In this document: in pieces, positions 48,860 to 63,320 of the stretch
Layout: each line of letters starts with the position of its first letter
Numbering within the stretch: the first letter of the stretch is position 1
Assembly (NCBI GenBank): GCA_977020255.1
Contig: CDROCS010000636.1
Coordinates: forward strand, 1-64,000
DNA from: Obrimoposthia wandeli
Taxonomy: Eukaryota
DNA length: 64,000 nucleotides
Direction: 5' to 3'
Position numbers and translations under genes: made by a program
The notes under the pieces: generated by a model
What the model was told of the DNA's origin: nothing
The model's input: only the letters and a program-made list of their open reading frames with translations
Databases searched by the model: none

Positions 48860-49310
48860 CTAAATTTGGTCAAATGTTGTTAATGATTCATATACTGTAG
48901 TGTCTTTCAAATGTTCTAGCGACAGTAACTCTTCAGTAATTTCGAAATTCTCATCAATTCCTTTAATAAACACAGAAGTAGCACAGTATCTTGTATACCA
49001 CACAAAAGATTGTCCGGCTTCGAGTAGCCGTTCTGACAGATTATGAGCAATTCCTCCAATACGACGTACTATAATAGTTCCTGTTGACCGAAAAAAACGT
49101 TTAATTTTGTCATTTAATGTCAACAGCATCAAGCATACACTCCTTTACAAATTCTTCGCCACAATTATATTCCTTGAAAACGGAAACACTCTCTGGCATA
49201 CTCACACGGCTTTACATCCCAAAGTTGTGAAAAAATACTTGCATGTCCATTCCGTATTAAACACGCGGCATTCACTTTCTACTTTCCGCTTTTTGATGCA
49301 CTCGTTGTCA
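48860..49310 (-). pseudogene. Internally deleted hAT transposase remnant (SPIN/GTF2IRD2-like)
   Basis: KKRKVESECRVFNTEWT.KYFF and FIKGIDENFEITEELLSLEHLKDTT motifs. Confidence 0.8.
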
Positions 49311-49339
49311 AGGTAGCACTATGGTGTGTACTCACCAGT

Positions 49340-49700
49340 TCCCTTCCATCTCTTGTGATGAGTATCAGCCTTCATTCTCCCAAAAATCCATAACTCACCC
49401 ATAGTTATTAATTGATCAAGAAAATTGTTTCACATTATCTTCTGAAGATTTTCATCTGAGAGTCTGGGACAATTGTTCATTTCTACCTTAGAGAAAGTTA
49501 ATGGGAACCATTTAAATGTCAAATACAATTTACCCATTGATTTTATGTGTATCCAAACTGCAGAAAGACTGCAAGTAACGTAATGGTTTTCTACCAAACA
49601 TTCTTCGACTCGTTCGTCAACTGTTTCAGCCCTAGGTCGACCTTTTCTCTCCTGTTTGCTTTAAATAAGTTTGGGAATATAAGATAGACAGATCTGGCTT
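49340..49700 (-). pseudogene. Degenerate mariner-like transposase remnant
   Basis: Fragments GRPRAETVDERVEECLVENHYVT, KWFPL (cf. WVPH) and FLDQLITMGE.W (cf. FL.RIVTGDE.W). Confidence 0.5.
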
Positions 49701-49986
49701 GTGACAATGTTATTGCACTCCTTGGGACATTTCATTCCCAATGGCTGAAGTGCCCAACAATTGTAACCCGATTCCCGAGTGTATTTTAGAGCCATCGGAA
49801 TATTTTATTTAATAAGTTAAAACATTTTATCTAATAATTAAATGAACTTCAAATCTATTTATATCTTTCCTTTAAATTCCGTAAAGCGGATAAAAACCTT
49901 CGGAAACAAGTCTATATAATACGAGCTCGTTCGTACTGCACAGTTATGTCAAATGACCAATGCTAATTTTAATTAGCGGGACTAAC

Positions 49987-52900
49987 TTGGCTGACGACGC
50001 AGCATACGCTTCAGTAGGTCCATGGCGATGACAGCGTCACCACTGGTGGCGTCGTTAGGGACGCAATGATTGCCTCGTAACGCTATATTAGGGGTCATCA
50101 CCACTGCTGGCTTTGAGGGCTCCTCATCTCCGGATGAAGGAGAGTCCCAGTCACTGGATGAGGCTCCTGATGACGATGATGCCAAGTCGTGGCCTGAGCC
50201 TACGTCAGCCGAGTCTCCGTCATGGTATCCGGGCTGCAATTAAACCGAGAGATATTTGACCATAGACCTTTTGGTTGTTTGGGCATTTTATCATTGTATT
50301 GCCCTAAAATTAAGTTTGAAATAAGACAATATTTTATTATACTTCAGATTTAAAATGAAACCATCCACTGGTCAGCCGGAAAATAATAATTTTATTTTAT
50401 ACAAAATTTCTAATTATTTAAATTTTCAGCTGCAAAAAGCAATTTAAAGTATTTATTCATTGAATCATACTTATTTTGTATCAGATTGAGTAATTCTGAA
50501 GTATATTGAAACGTTAAACTTAAATGATACATAAATATATTACTTAAAAATTAAATCAGTAAGTTATACACAAAAAGTCTTTAATTTATCAGGGAACTAT
50601 TCAGAATAAAAGTAACTAAGTGAGCAAATTTATTAATTGAATGGCAAACACCTCTTCTTATCTAAGACATTTTTCAAAAAATCTCTCTTATATGATTGTA
50701 GCAAGCTCTTAGAACATTGTAATCTTTAAGCTTGAGCTTCTCTTCCACAATTTTAGCCATGTTATTTACTCGATCTTGAGTTGTTTCTTCAAGTATAACA
50801 TGTCCGTTCATTTTCTTTCTGTATTCTTGTTTAGTTAGAAACTAACCATTTTTACATTCAGAAAATTGAACATAGTCATTGGCGTACATCACATTGACCG
50901 AGCCTCCAGAAAGTTCGCCGTATCTCGAAGGGACATAACGGAGATTTATCTAATTCGATCATTAGCAAGTTTCCTGCCACCTCTGTGGTGTTGAGTTTTG
51001 AACTGCCTCTCGGACCTCATATAATCTCGTGTTTGTGTGTGTCTAGATTTGAATACGATAAATCTCGCACATTTTAATGGTTTTTAGATATAATACTAAG
51101 AAACTTCATAAGTAACCGAATTCAACTATTGTTAAATTTACCATATGACTTGTTCAACATTGCAGAAGACCCAGTTTAACTGAGCTATCAGATAATTGAC
51201 CTCTAACCCTGTAACATTACGCTATTGCTATGTTACGTTAATATCCCTAGTTTGAAGTGAATCTCAATCTTGATAATTGCACATGACAAACAGAGATTAA
51301 TGCGAGTATAAATAAAGGTTTACCTGGATCAAAGTATCGAAGCTCACTTTGCCGAACGAGTCGCCGATGCCGGGGTGATTGGAGGATGAATATGTGGCAG
51401 GGTGCTTGGCTCGGCGGTGACCATTGGAATCCATGGACGTAGTTAGCCCTGTTACCATGCCGACACTCCCGCAACTGATGGTGTTGGCATGCCGCGGGGA
51501 CGACAGCACATGCGACTCCTGATACTTGCCCAGCTTCTCTGTTCAGCACAATCAGAGTCCAATTTCAACTAGCCATATATTCAATTGAATTTGATATTGT
51601 GTGTAATTTGTGTAAATTATATTTCTATAGATTTCATTATTTTAGATTCCAATTCAACGAAGACCATACTATGCATGTGATAAACTTGTAATTGTTAATT
51701 AAGTGCAAGAATTAAATATTATCATAGCTACTTCAGTGAAATATGAAATGGATGCAAACAAGAATAGAATGTGGTCTGTGTTAGAAACTATCCTTGGTCT
51801 ATTCAACCAACTAGAAACTTACAAAATTTTGCACTTACTTGCATCAACCAACCAGAACACGCACATCTTCACATACATTCATGTTTCGTCCAAATATAAA
51901 CATGTACACATGCACCCACTCTCTTTGTTCCTTTCATCCAATCAGAAACGTGCAAAATTTTGCAAATATTTGCACAATCAATCAGAAAACGTACATCTAC
52001 ACATACATTCATGTTTTAGCAAGATTAGCAAAAACGAGTTGGAAGCATATGGAGATTATTTGCATTCTGACTGATTTTAGTATAAATATTATTGTTTTTT
52101 TATGTTTAATACATAGTTTTAGAAAATTATCTTGTGTATTTTTCGTATACTTAAAATGAATAATACGGATTTAAAAAGTTTTACAAAGGTTATTTATAAC
52201 AAAAAGATTTTACAACAAAATGTTTACAACAAAAAGTTTTTACAAAAGATATTACAACGGAATATTTTTATCAAAGATTTAACACACTTTTGAAATCCTG
52301 CTCACTGAAATTGATGAAGTAAAACAAAAAGGCATATTTAAAAATGAATTAAATATAATACAAATATGATCTCGATTATTAAATCATATGCACTATAACA
52401 AAATGTGACCTTCACTGATAATTATCTTGAAAAAATAGATGTATCATAGAATGTTTTTAAATTTGGATGCACAAAAATTGATGCGTTTAAACAGAAAACG
52501 CCTAAATTTAAACTAAAATCACCAAAAAACAGCCGTATTATAGTATAAGGTGACCTAATTATGAATTTAACCCTCGAAATCATGTGTACTATAACAAAAT
52601 GTGACCTATTTTTGACTTTGACCTTAAAAAAGGACGTACTATAGAGCGTTTTTAAAATTTGCGCGACATTTTTTTAGTTATCGCTAGGGGGAACTGAACA
52701 CATCCCTCCTTGTGTCAAGTGAAACATTAAGCGTTTTTAGTAGGTTTGAATTTTCACGTTAATGGTAGATAAAAATGATCGAAAATGTTATAAAATATAA
52801 TCGTGAATAAATAAATGAACTATATTCGTATTTCGCAGAAATGTCCCTAATGGATTCAACAAATAAATGTGGTTTATGTGATGGTGATTCTTGACAGTTA

Positions 52901-55900
52901 AAGTTAACCCTTTATACTTAAAATTTAATAGAATCCTTGATATTTGAAACCTTTTAATATATTCGATTTTTCATTAACGATTTTTGTAATTTAAGTCTTT
53001 TGCCGTACTAATGAGGAACAAGTTGCAAATAAAAAGAATACCATTTAAAACTGAATATAGAAAAAAAAATTTAAAACCAAAATTGAAACTGTTATCATGG
53101 AAGGAATTCAAAGAACCAACATTTGGTAACTTAGGTTATGGTTGACTACCCGCTAAGATTTCAGTACCGGGAGCCCGAATTTACTGCCCACTGGAGTAAA
53201 TACTCACCCCCAAAAAACAGGGTAATTATTTTAAAATTCATGATTTCTTTGCAACATGATGAAAATATGAGGTTCATAAATCCTTCATAAAACGGTCAAA
53301 TCGATCACCAGACATATATTAAGGGACAAAATACTAATCAAGTCATCTAGTAGCAGATTCCATATAAAGTTTACCCCAGGATGGCTGGTATTTGGAACGT
53401 TATTGTATCTGGTAAAGCGGGTGTTTATGTTTCTCATATATTTAATTGAACAATTTCTTTTAGTAATTTAACACACATTTTTAATTTACTGAAAAATCAT
53501 TTACTCTCGAAGTGTGCAGTCATTTGTTATGTGTTCACTACGTAGTGCAGATCAAAATGGCAATATCTCACCGTCATCGGAGTCGTTGGGGGAGTCGTTA
53601 TCGCTGACGTACTCAACTCGGTCGCTGGGCACGGCTGCTTGACTACTGAAGAGGTGGATGTTGCTGGTGGTCTCCTGGCGCAAGAAAGGATGGCTAGCAG
53701 ATGCAGCAGCGGCGGAGGACGCAGCCAACTGTCCGGGTTCAGCCACCACGCTGAGACGGCCTCTCTCGCGAGGTAACTTTTGTTGGGGCTCCTCTACACT
53801 CTCTACGTCGATGTCGCTATTGTCTTCTTCCGAAACCAGTTGTCGTATTTGACTGAGACCTGCATGACAGTGTGGCACAAGTCAATCTCAACAGTAGAGA
53901 GCGAGAATGACAGCTCACATTGAATGCAATGATCAATCATGTTCACACTTTTATATCCTCCACTGATCAACGACATCATAACACGCCTGAAGCGAAATGA
54001 AAATAATTCAACATCTACTTGAGAATACAAATTTAGTATTCATTAGCACAAAATTATATTTAAAATGTAGATTGGTTTAAGACAAAGAATATAGTATACT
54101 TTTAAATTTTCGAATATTTTGAAGTACATAATATCAAATTGCTTATAGCTAATATATTTGTTTTTATAAACTCAACAGCAACACAAACTAACAGAAATTC
54201 GTTATATAATAAGGTGTATGATGGCTGTTTTGGCATGTTCTGTTCTACTAATATTAACTGGTGATATGGGAGTCAATGCTGCCGAAAACAACAGCATCGT
54301 TCAGGCGTGTTATGATGTCGTTGATCAGTTTAAAGATAAAATATTTGTCAACAAACAATAATCAGGCCAAAGATTGTTAAATTTTGTATTTGTTTTCTCA
54401 AATAAGTCCAATATACGGATTTAATTAAATAATATATTGTCATAAATAGCACACAATTAGAGTTCAATTTGCAATGATGCTGAAAATTATTATTTTACCC
54501 AATCACTTCCTAGCCTTCACTCTTAATATTACCCAATATCACTTCCACTCTTACTTATTATCAATCTAACTGTCACTGACGTGCTCTTACTTGCAATATC
54601 AATTGCATTCATACTCTCTTACTGTTATTCTTATTTAAACTTACATTTCATCTTTCTTGTACATGATTTCGCTCTTCTTACTTTAAATACTACCCAATCT
54701 TTGTTTTACGATGACTTACTCTCACTCGTAGTCTTACTGTCACTTAGTATCACCTTAATTCATACTCTCCAACTCTTATTTTATTTTACTAGCAGTCTGA
54801 CTTACACCCCTATTCATTCATTTTCCTTCACTTTATACTCAGAAGTAAACGTGCACTGTCCTTCTCATTCAATTAGACTTGCCGTGTTGCACTCACTTGC
54901 TGACACCCTTTCTATTTTTCACATGCACTCGCATTCATTCACATTCATACTTGTATTCATTCATGCCTGCACTTTACAATCAATTATTTCACACTCGTAG
55001 TTATTCATACTTTAAACACTCACTTTCACAAGAGATTTTGAATATTTTCAGAAAGTTGAATAATAGATTGAAATAGTAAGTTAAAATTCGAATATGCAGA
55101 CTATTTGATTTATTCACATATTAAACATTATGATAAAAGATTTGATATTCTAATTTATTGACAAAGCCTTTAGAAGACTTTGAATAAAATGTATTTAGAA
55201 ATTAATTTGCAGTATTAGACAGAGATTATAAATACTTTGAGTTAATTTGTATGTTTAAAAGATAGTTTTGAATATCTAAATAAAGGATTAAAAAATGAAA
55301 ATATTCAAATTATATACAGTTTTGAAATTCAGCTTCTTTGAAAATTAAAGATTCAAATAACTATAACCTTTAATAAAATATTTGAATTAATAATATCGAA
55401 CGAGTGAATGTACATGTGTATGAACTTTATCGAGTGTTTAAGTGCAATTATAGGAAAATAAAAATACAAAATGAATTTAACTGATATTAAATTTCTTATT
55501 TTCTTCAATGATTGTTAGTATTAGTTTGATAATTAGCTGGTAAACATCAAATTTATGTTTTTGTTGTTAAATTTACTTTATAATTATTTAAGTTTGTTCT
55601 AATATTTTCATCAATGTTTTAAGACATAAATTACAAGCATTAAAGAGCGTAATTTTAATAAATCATGTTTGTTTTTGAATATTCATTTGTTTAAATACAT
55701 CTTGGGACAATAGAAAACTAGCAATAACTTAAATATTTTTTAGAAACTTTTATCTTTAAACAAAATGGACGCTAAATATGCAAAGATATGTACAAATGAG
55801 TTAATATTTTATGTTGTTTTATTGTATTATTTTTAAGTAAAGTTTTGTTTTAGTAGTTTATTGTTATGCTTGAAATAATTAAAAAATATACTATGAAATT

Positions 55901-58900
55901 ATTATTTAGAATTAATATAAAGGGCATTGAATTTGAATTAAAAAGTTCTTATCACCGTATTAATACATTAATTGTACACAATAAAAAGCGTCATTTTTAA
56001 ATTGATAATTTTCTGAAGTTACACTTGATTTTTGAATAAAGATAAAGTGTTTCGGATGTACATTTGTATCAATACCTCAATAGAGACGAAAGAATTCTTG
56101 AGGTAAGTTAAATATTTATCAAATTGTTAATTATTAAGTTCTTTTACAATTTTGTTGTATTATTAACATATGTTTGATATTTATATTTCGAAACAATTTT
56201 TAAAATAAATCAATGAAAAACTTACGCAAATTTAAATATTTGCCAAAACTAGTGAAGTATTTTGAGTAATATAAAATTTGTTTAATTTTTATTTTTAAAA
56301 ATGCATTTTAATATTTTATTTAACAAAAGTTTTGTTGTAAATTAAAATTTGTTTAACTCTAACAGATGTCAACAAATCAATTTGGTATATATTTAATCAT
56401 TTAATCATTTTATTCATTTTTTAAATTAGAGAAAGGTATTTAAACACATCAAATGTAAATGATAAAACCTCGCGAGGAATTATTAATTTAAAATATTTAT
56501 TTTTGAAAATTACAATACTTAATTCTTTTACCAGAACCTGTTAAGGTATGGTTGAACTCATTTTGATAGACAAACCCAACCATGTAATAAAATAGTCATG
56601 TTTGTGCAGACTTTGATCCTTACTTTGTGGACAATATATACATGGTGTAACTAAACAAAATCGTGGATTTAAAACTTTATAATTCCAACTTTTTTATCTT
56701 TAGATCAATCATACTCTTTTTATTGAACTTACCTTCTGAAGATGAACCTAACTATGTATTCAGACCTTGACGTTTGAAACTTAATTTCGCATTTTACCGA
56801 AACCCCTCATCTAGGATCGACGACAACCATTTTGATGCGTGGCCCAACCATAGACAGTCACAACCATACTTTCAAATCTTAAAGTCATACTGATTTCGTT
56901 ACCCTCATATATGGTCAACCATAACCATTTAGATGCATTGCCCAACCATACCTTCAATTATACCTTCAAACTTCCATAGCACTTCTCAGCCAGACTCTTA
57001 TGGAGAGGATGATCATTATTGTGTGATTACGTATATGTATTTTAGAAGCAACAACGGTGACTACAGAATGATTAAAAAAAATCTCAGAAGCAGTGATGGA
57101 ATGTTTGAAATCAATGCTCTGAATCTTTACTATAATCTACCGATGAAAATAAGAATATTTAAGAATGTTAAAATAAGCAGGAAGTTGTCGCAGACTTTAG
57201 TATTCAGAAAATATTGTGAAAAACAATAGAAAACAGGAAGCGCTTTTGAATTTTTAGACATTAGCACCATATTAAATATATCATTGTTATTGTTAAAATC
57301 ACATTTAAAAAAACTCCTAAAGTAGATAATTTGAAATATTCCTAACTGGGAACTATACTTCAAATATTTTGACTGATTGTTGTTCTTTAACTCGATATAT
57401 TTATACAAATAGTAAGAATATATTCACCTTCAATTTAATATTATTAACCTGTAAAATAATTTTGAATATGATTTGAATTATTCTTTTGTTAAGGTAAATT
57501 TCCAAATCTGTAAATATTTAAATAGTTGCAAAATATTTTATTTCTCGAATGCTTCTTTTTTAGATGGCAAAACAAATATTTTAATATATTTTTTTCAAAA
57601 TCATAGATATACTAACTTTTACTGAATGCCAGAATCGGCTTATGATTGTCGCCGGCGATGGTTGCCCGTCTGCGGTCCTGTGATGAGTGCATCCTCCGCA
57701 GTAGCGCAGAGAATGCCGGCAAGATGTGGCTGTTGAAGTTGCTAAATTGGATATCTCCTTTCGGAGAAGACTGCTGGTCTTCCTGCCAGGCCAGAACCAG
57801 CTCCAGTAGCTGCAACATCCAGCATGTACTCAGCCGGATACTCTGAGCATCGATGTCAGAATCAACTTACACACGCCCATACACTTTTATTCTTTGATTA
57901 TTTGAAATCGATAATTAATTAATTCTGTCATAATTTCCATTGAGCCATGAAAATGAGTAAAAAAACTAAAACTAAAATATAAATAAATTGCTTTTTTACA
58001 AGGTTAGCATTCGACCTTGATTGCTCTAAATGGAACACAAATAGGTGAGAACGTTGAGGCAAATGATTTATCAGAAATGTTTTCAACGGATAGTCTCACA
58101 AAGTTGAGCAATTTAATAAATCCTTACTCAGATGTTCGCTAATTCGAGATCTAAACTTGAAAAATACTAAATTTAACTTGCTTAACATTAGAACAGATAT
58201 CATATCTACATATCCTCAATCTATATTTTTAGCTCTTTGAGAAAATCATAACTATAAAACCCATTCTAAATATATACAAACATAACACATAAACAATCTT
58301 CGATAGTTTCCCTAAAAGTTGGAACCGGCTCGTTCCACCGATAAATTAAAAAATATTAAAAGTTTTTTTAAAATTTAAGCTTTTCTGTATGAAGCATTTC
58401 TCAAGAAGCATTTTAAGATTCTGATATAAATAAACATCATCTAAACATGATTTTATTTTTCATATTGTTTAATTGATTTTGTAAAAATACAAAATATTCA
58501 AAATTTAAATTGTACACAATGTATTACTTATAAATAAAAGTAGTACATTTTGCAAAAGTAATAAAACAGAAAATGTGTATTTTTAAAATATACTTGTCGA
58601 TACTGGCTTTATCAATATTTTAATATTGATTTTAAATGATAATTTTCATCATAAACAATAAACAATACTTGATAATTATGTGTCGAGTATTATACTGACT
58701 TTTGATTTCCTCGGTGATGCTGATTCATCATAAACTTTATAGTCTTATAAACATAATCTTCCTTTTTATGTGAATAGTTGTTGCGAAAATATCCACTCAA
58801 CTACTCCTTCAATATTCACCTTATTGCGGATGTAGTCTGCCCCCACAGCCACTGTTCTGGACACTTCTTTCATCACGACAGGTCTCAAGTCCGGATTTAT

Positions 58901-61541
58901 TCTGCACACCTCCAAGAGCAACCTCGACAGTCCTGAGAGTCTGTATCAGTAAATAATAGTCAACATCAATCTATCTACAGTTATCAGCAGTAGATATTGT
59001 TCTAATATTACTATAACAGATTAGTATAAATATTTTTATGAAATTTCTCGATAGTGACGCACATTTTGAGAATATCGCGGAGGTGGCGAGCTGCATCGCC
59101 CCGCATTTCAGATATTGGGAGCACCCAGGAGGCTAGAAGCGGCAGCATTGGCGCCAGGGCGGGGCCAATCAACTCCGGGCTGTAATAACTTGTGGCTCCA
59201 GAGTTACCGAGACGTTGCCACCACTCCAACAGAGCGTCCCTGCAACAGTCCACCAGTTGAACTGCGTACTCCAAACCGGCGTTGGCAGACGCAGACTGGC
59301 TACTGATGCTATGGGGAGGGGTTGCAGCTTACATTTGCTCTTGTATATATCCAACCACACACAATATAGAATACGAGGCCTTTATCCTCCATCCTTCACT
59401 CCCACCATCTGTGACTTCATACATTCCCTCCTCAGCCATTCCTCACTTCATTGTATCATCCATTCTTCCCTCCCACCATTCCCATCTAATCATCCCTCTT
59501 TTCTTCTCATCATCTTTTTCATTCAATTGTCCTTCCAATCAACTATCCCCTCATCCATTCATTCATCACTTCTTAGAATCGATTCTTCTCCCTTATATAT
59601 ATATCTTCCATCTCCACAAGCACTTCCTTTCCTTAGTCTATCCATCCATTTCATCTGGAAAACTCCTCAAAACATACTTAGAGTGAAGATCGAAGCTGTA
59701 CACCGTGGGACCTTCGGCTCCATTAGACTGCAAATTCTGGTCAAGCCGAATGAAAGTCTCCACCACACTCTTACAAAGAGCCGTCTGCAAACAAGACAGA
59801 AGTTTAAAATGATAATATCAATATACTCGTCAGACAGAAACCGACAAGTATTTTTAGTTAAAATAAAATAAATTAAAACAGAGAGTACCTCCTACCTCAG
59901 GTACGAGGGCTGGGCAGTGGGTCATGGCTGCAACGCAGATCTGGATTGATGTCGGTGTTATGCAGTCAAGCTCCGTATCGCGATCCAGATAATGCTGACA
60001 CGAGCGGATCCAGATTGGCAGGTTAGAGTCTATATTGGTGATCAAGTTCCGCACGGTGTTTCCAGCCACGTTCGGCTGAGCGTAGATTTTTCTGTTTGTT
60101 ATAGTGAGTAAATGAATTCAAATGATATTATTGATTTTTGAAATTCAATTAAAGCCCAAATGTTTCTGCAGGTAATCCAGATAAATCACCTGCCAACTGG
60201 ACGGCGGACGGGCCAGAAGGAAGCGCAATCGACCGCAGTGGAGAACCGCCTCCAACAGAAGACGTAGTGCGACGTGAGTCATGAGGCTTGGCTCCGCAGT
60301 GAGGTGGGTGTCAATGATACCGGCGAGCAGCGAGGGCTCCAGCCAGCGCAGCAGCTCACCCAGCGGTGGCAGACATTGCCTCGACATCCGACGTAGCTCC
60401 CATTGTGGGTCGATGAGGCTCTCGGCCGTCGTATGTAGCATCCGTGACACAAGCGACCGGAACGTAGGCAACTGCTGATTCTGAGACGGTGCATGATGAC
60501 CACTCGTAGCCAGCAACTGCACACAGAAGTGCCTGTTACAGGGCTTTCTCGAATGCGGCCGAATATTACAATCCTAGATTCGGTTGTATCTGTTGTATCG
60601 GAAAATCCAAAGTTTTCAGGTATTTCATATCTGTCATTCAACGTTAATTAACATGATGCAGATAAATAACCCCACGTGAAGCAACATACTCTCAGAGAAT
60701 GTTGCGCCAAGAAAAGCTTTGATTATATTAAATATGGATATACAGAGTGGTCCAAATTAAGTGGTACACAATTTTTTATAGCTTTTATTAAAGTCAAATG
60801 GCATTCAATACAGGACCCATTAACAGCAAGGCCCGATCATGTCGAATGTTTTACTTTTCCAAATGTTTTCTTAGGCACCTCTCTTGGGATTCGACACAGC
60901 TGGTATTCAATCGTTTCGTTGGGATACGTTTTCATATCTTCTAATATACACTTTACTTCTCACATGGCCACACGAATAATAATCTACGTGGGTCAAACCA
61001 AGAGCAGGGTATTCACAAAAAATCACTCTTCACCGTATCCACCTCCTCTATTAATCTTTTCTCTGTCCCCCTTAACTTGTGCTACTCTGTATAAACATAC
61101 AATCTAAGCGTAACAATATAACACATTTAAACAACTGCCATGAATCCCCAACTCTCCAGCATCAATGTGGTATCGTAATTTCAATAAATTAATTTTACTC
61201 AAAATTTAAGATTTTTTTAATGCATTTTGTACGCTAGGGATGAAAATAAGAAAAATATTAAAAATCTTTCATTGAATCACATTTTTAATATTGTTGTTAT
61301 TTTGTTTTTGAGTTTTTTTTGCTAGGAAAGGTAAAATATGCATAACCCTTAAGTTAGAATCATCTAATGCTCATTGACAATTTTCATATTACTACTAACG
61401 CTTTCAGCATCATCTATCTCCTTGACATTGACGAGGAAAGAAGAGTGCTGGAGTACTTGACCTCGATTGTGAGAAACTAAACCGCGTCTGGAGGAGGTAG
61501 AAGATGTCGAAGTGGATGTCAGGTTCTTCAGCGACGGCAGT
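49987..61541 (-). CDS. Multi-exon host gene, large probably helical protein, unidentified
   Basis: GC-rich exons with canonical splice sites: 61541-61483, 60532-60190, 60075-59896, 59784-59704, ~59295-59065, 58940-58820, 57842-~57625, 53859-53572, 51538-51324, 50233-49987. Several junctions are phase-consistent, e.g. SDD-G|AG-KLG and LIQ|PGY. Confidence 0.7.
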
Positions 61542-61574
61542 CTGAATAATGATGATAATTATGTATCACAATTG

Positions 61575-62220
61575 ATGTTATGTCATAACGATGTTGTATC
61601 ATATCGATGTTGTATCATATCGATGTTGTGTCATATCGATGTTGTGTCATATCGATGTTGTGTCAGTAGGTGGATGTGTCCGGACAGAAGGGGGGTGTGG
61701 ATTAGACCGGACACATCCACCTACTTGTGTCATATCGATGTTGTGTCATATCGATGTTGTGTCAGTAGGTGGATGTGTCCGGACAGAAGGGGGGTGTGGA
61801 TTAGACTGGACACATCCACCTACTTGTGTCATATCGATGTTGTTTCATATCGATGTTGTTTCATATCGATGTTGTGTCATATCGACGTTGTGTCATATCG
61901 ATGTTGTGTCATATCGATGTTGTGTCAGTAGGTGGATGTGTCCGGACAGAAGGGGGGTGTGGATTAGACTGGACACATCCACCTACTTGTGTCATATCGA
62001 TGTTGTTTCATATCGATGTTGTTTCATATCGATGTTGTGTTATATCGAGGTTGTGTCATATCGATATTGTTTCATATCGATGTTGTTTCATATCGATGTT
62101 GTTTCATATCGATGTTGTTTCATATCGATGTTGTTTCATATCGATGTTGTTTCATATCGATGTTGTTTCATATCGATGTTGTGTCATATCGAGCTTGTGT
62201 CATAACAAGGTTGTGTCATA
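61575..62220. repeat. 16-bp minisatellite (ATATCGATGTTGTGTC) with three embedded 61-bp inverted-repeat elements
   Basis: Elements at 61665-61725, 61764-61824 and 61927-61987 have 19-bp arms AGTAGGTGGATGTGTCCGG / CCGGACACATCCACCTACT (copies 2 and 3 have one mismatch). Confidence 0.9.
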
Positions 62221-62619
62221 TCAGGATTAGTTAAGATATGTATTGTATGAAATCCCAGGAAGCCGATACAAGCAATGACTCACTTTTCTATGATTCTGGG
62301 AATTGTAGACCGGATGTCGTGGCTCTTTCGTCTTTGCTGAAGTGAAAGCAGGGTTCTCAATATGTAGCATTGATCCTATAAAGATCTACATTGGAACTAC
62401 GATAATATAGGGCATCACATCATGCAGGTATACGATCGTTTATGCAGGCAAGAAACTACAGTCAGGACATTCAAACTTCAGTCGGAGGTAAAGCCCGAAG
62501 CCAGAAATTGTTTCGATTAGATATGAAATTACAACATTAAATATCCTGATGTTAGATATAAAGAAATTTGATATTTTCTGTCTAAAATAAAAAAAATATA
62601 TTAGTTTTTTATAATATTA

Positions 62620-63320
62620 CACTGGCCTGCGTGACCTAAAATGTCAATGCTATTTTTACTGTTATTAGATCAGTTTTCCAAGCTGATTTCAATAATCGTA
62701 TCCAAATTTTCGATCAGGTCAATTTTCCGTAATAAAACATTTTTTCAAAATGCTAATTTTTCATATTATTGTTAGATTTTTGACTCTTCCTTGTAAAAAC
62801 GCTCATTCTGCTATTCATCGAAGTCTCCACAATTGTCCGTAAAAGTGGTCCAGACGAGATCTGAGAAAGTGCATTTTCACAGACATCCGTGCACCCAATC
62901 GCAGAAACTCTTCTTCAGTTCATCAACTATAGTATGATACTCTGAACGATGCTTATCCAAAAGGTTTGCGATGATCGACGCCAGAGCCAGTCAAGTAGAA
63001 AGTTCACTGTCACTCAATAATTCATCAAAGTGAGTGTTTCGATAAGCTCTCATATCTGAGCACCATCAAATATCCATACCTTCAATTTCTCTCACCTTTT
63101 TCTTGGAAACTTGTCAACCAAAAAACTGATTCCCCCACCCCTCTTTGTTGAGTGGCTTCTCAAAGTTGGTCATGTGCAATGACGGGAGTAGTATCTTATG
63201 CGGTTTGAGCAAAACACGAGACAGAACATTCCAAGGGCTGGGGTGTAACCCTTGCTTAGACTGCCACTCTCGTCTGACATAATGCTGATAATCTACTTGA
63301 CCGTCGCACAGGCACACATA
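62620..63320 (-). pseudogene. Degenerate DNA-transposase remnant (probably CMC/Chapaev3-like; family uncertain)
   Basis: LC....D.QHYVRREW....L.P...NV....L.KP.KILLP.LH and LGARMSVKMHFLRSRLDHF..NCGDF.E*QNERF; CACTG-type end at 62620. Confidence 0.6.

Noticed and set aside
54480-55020. Hydrophobic 139-aa ORF (54581-55000) and similar ORFs at 59215-59871
   Set aside because: They arise from low-complexity CT/CACT-rich intronic sequence.
61512-62234. Cys-rich repetitive ORFs (CCVISMLCHIDVVSYR...)
   Set aside because: They are translations of the 16-bp minisatellite, in an intron on the strand opposite the host gene.
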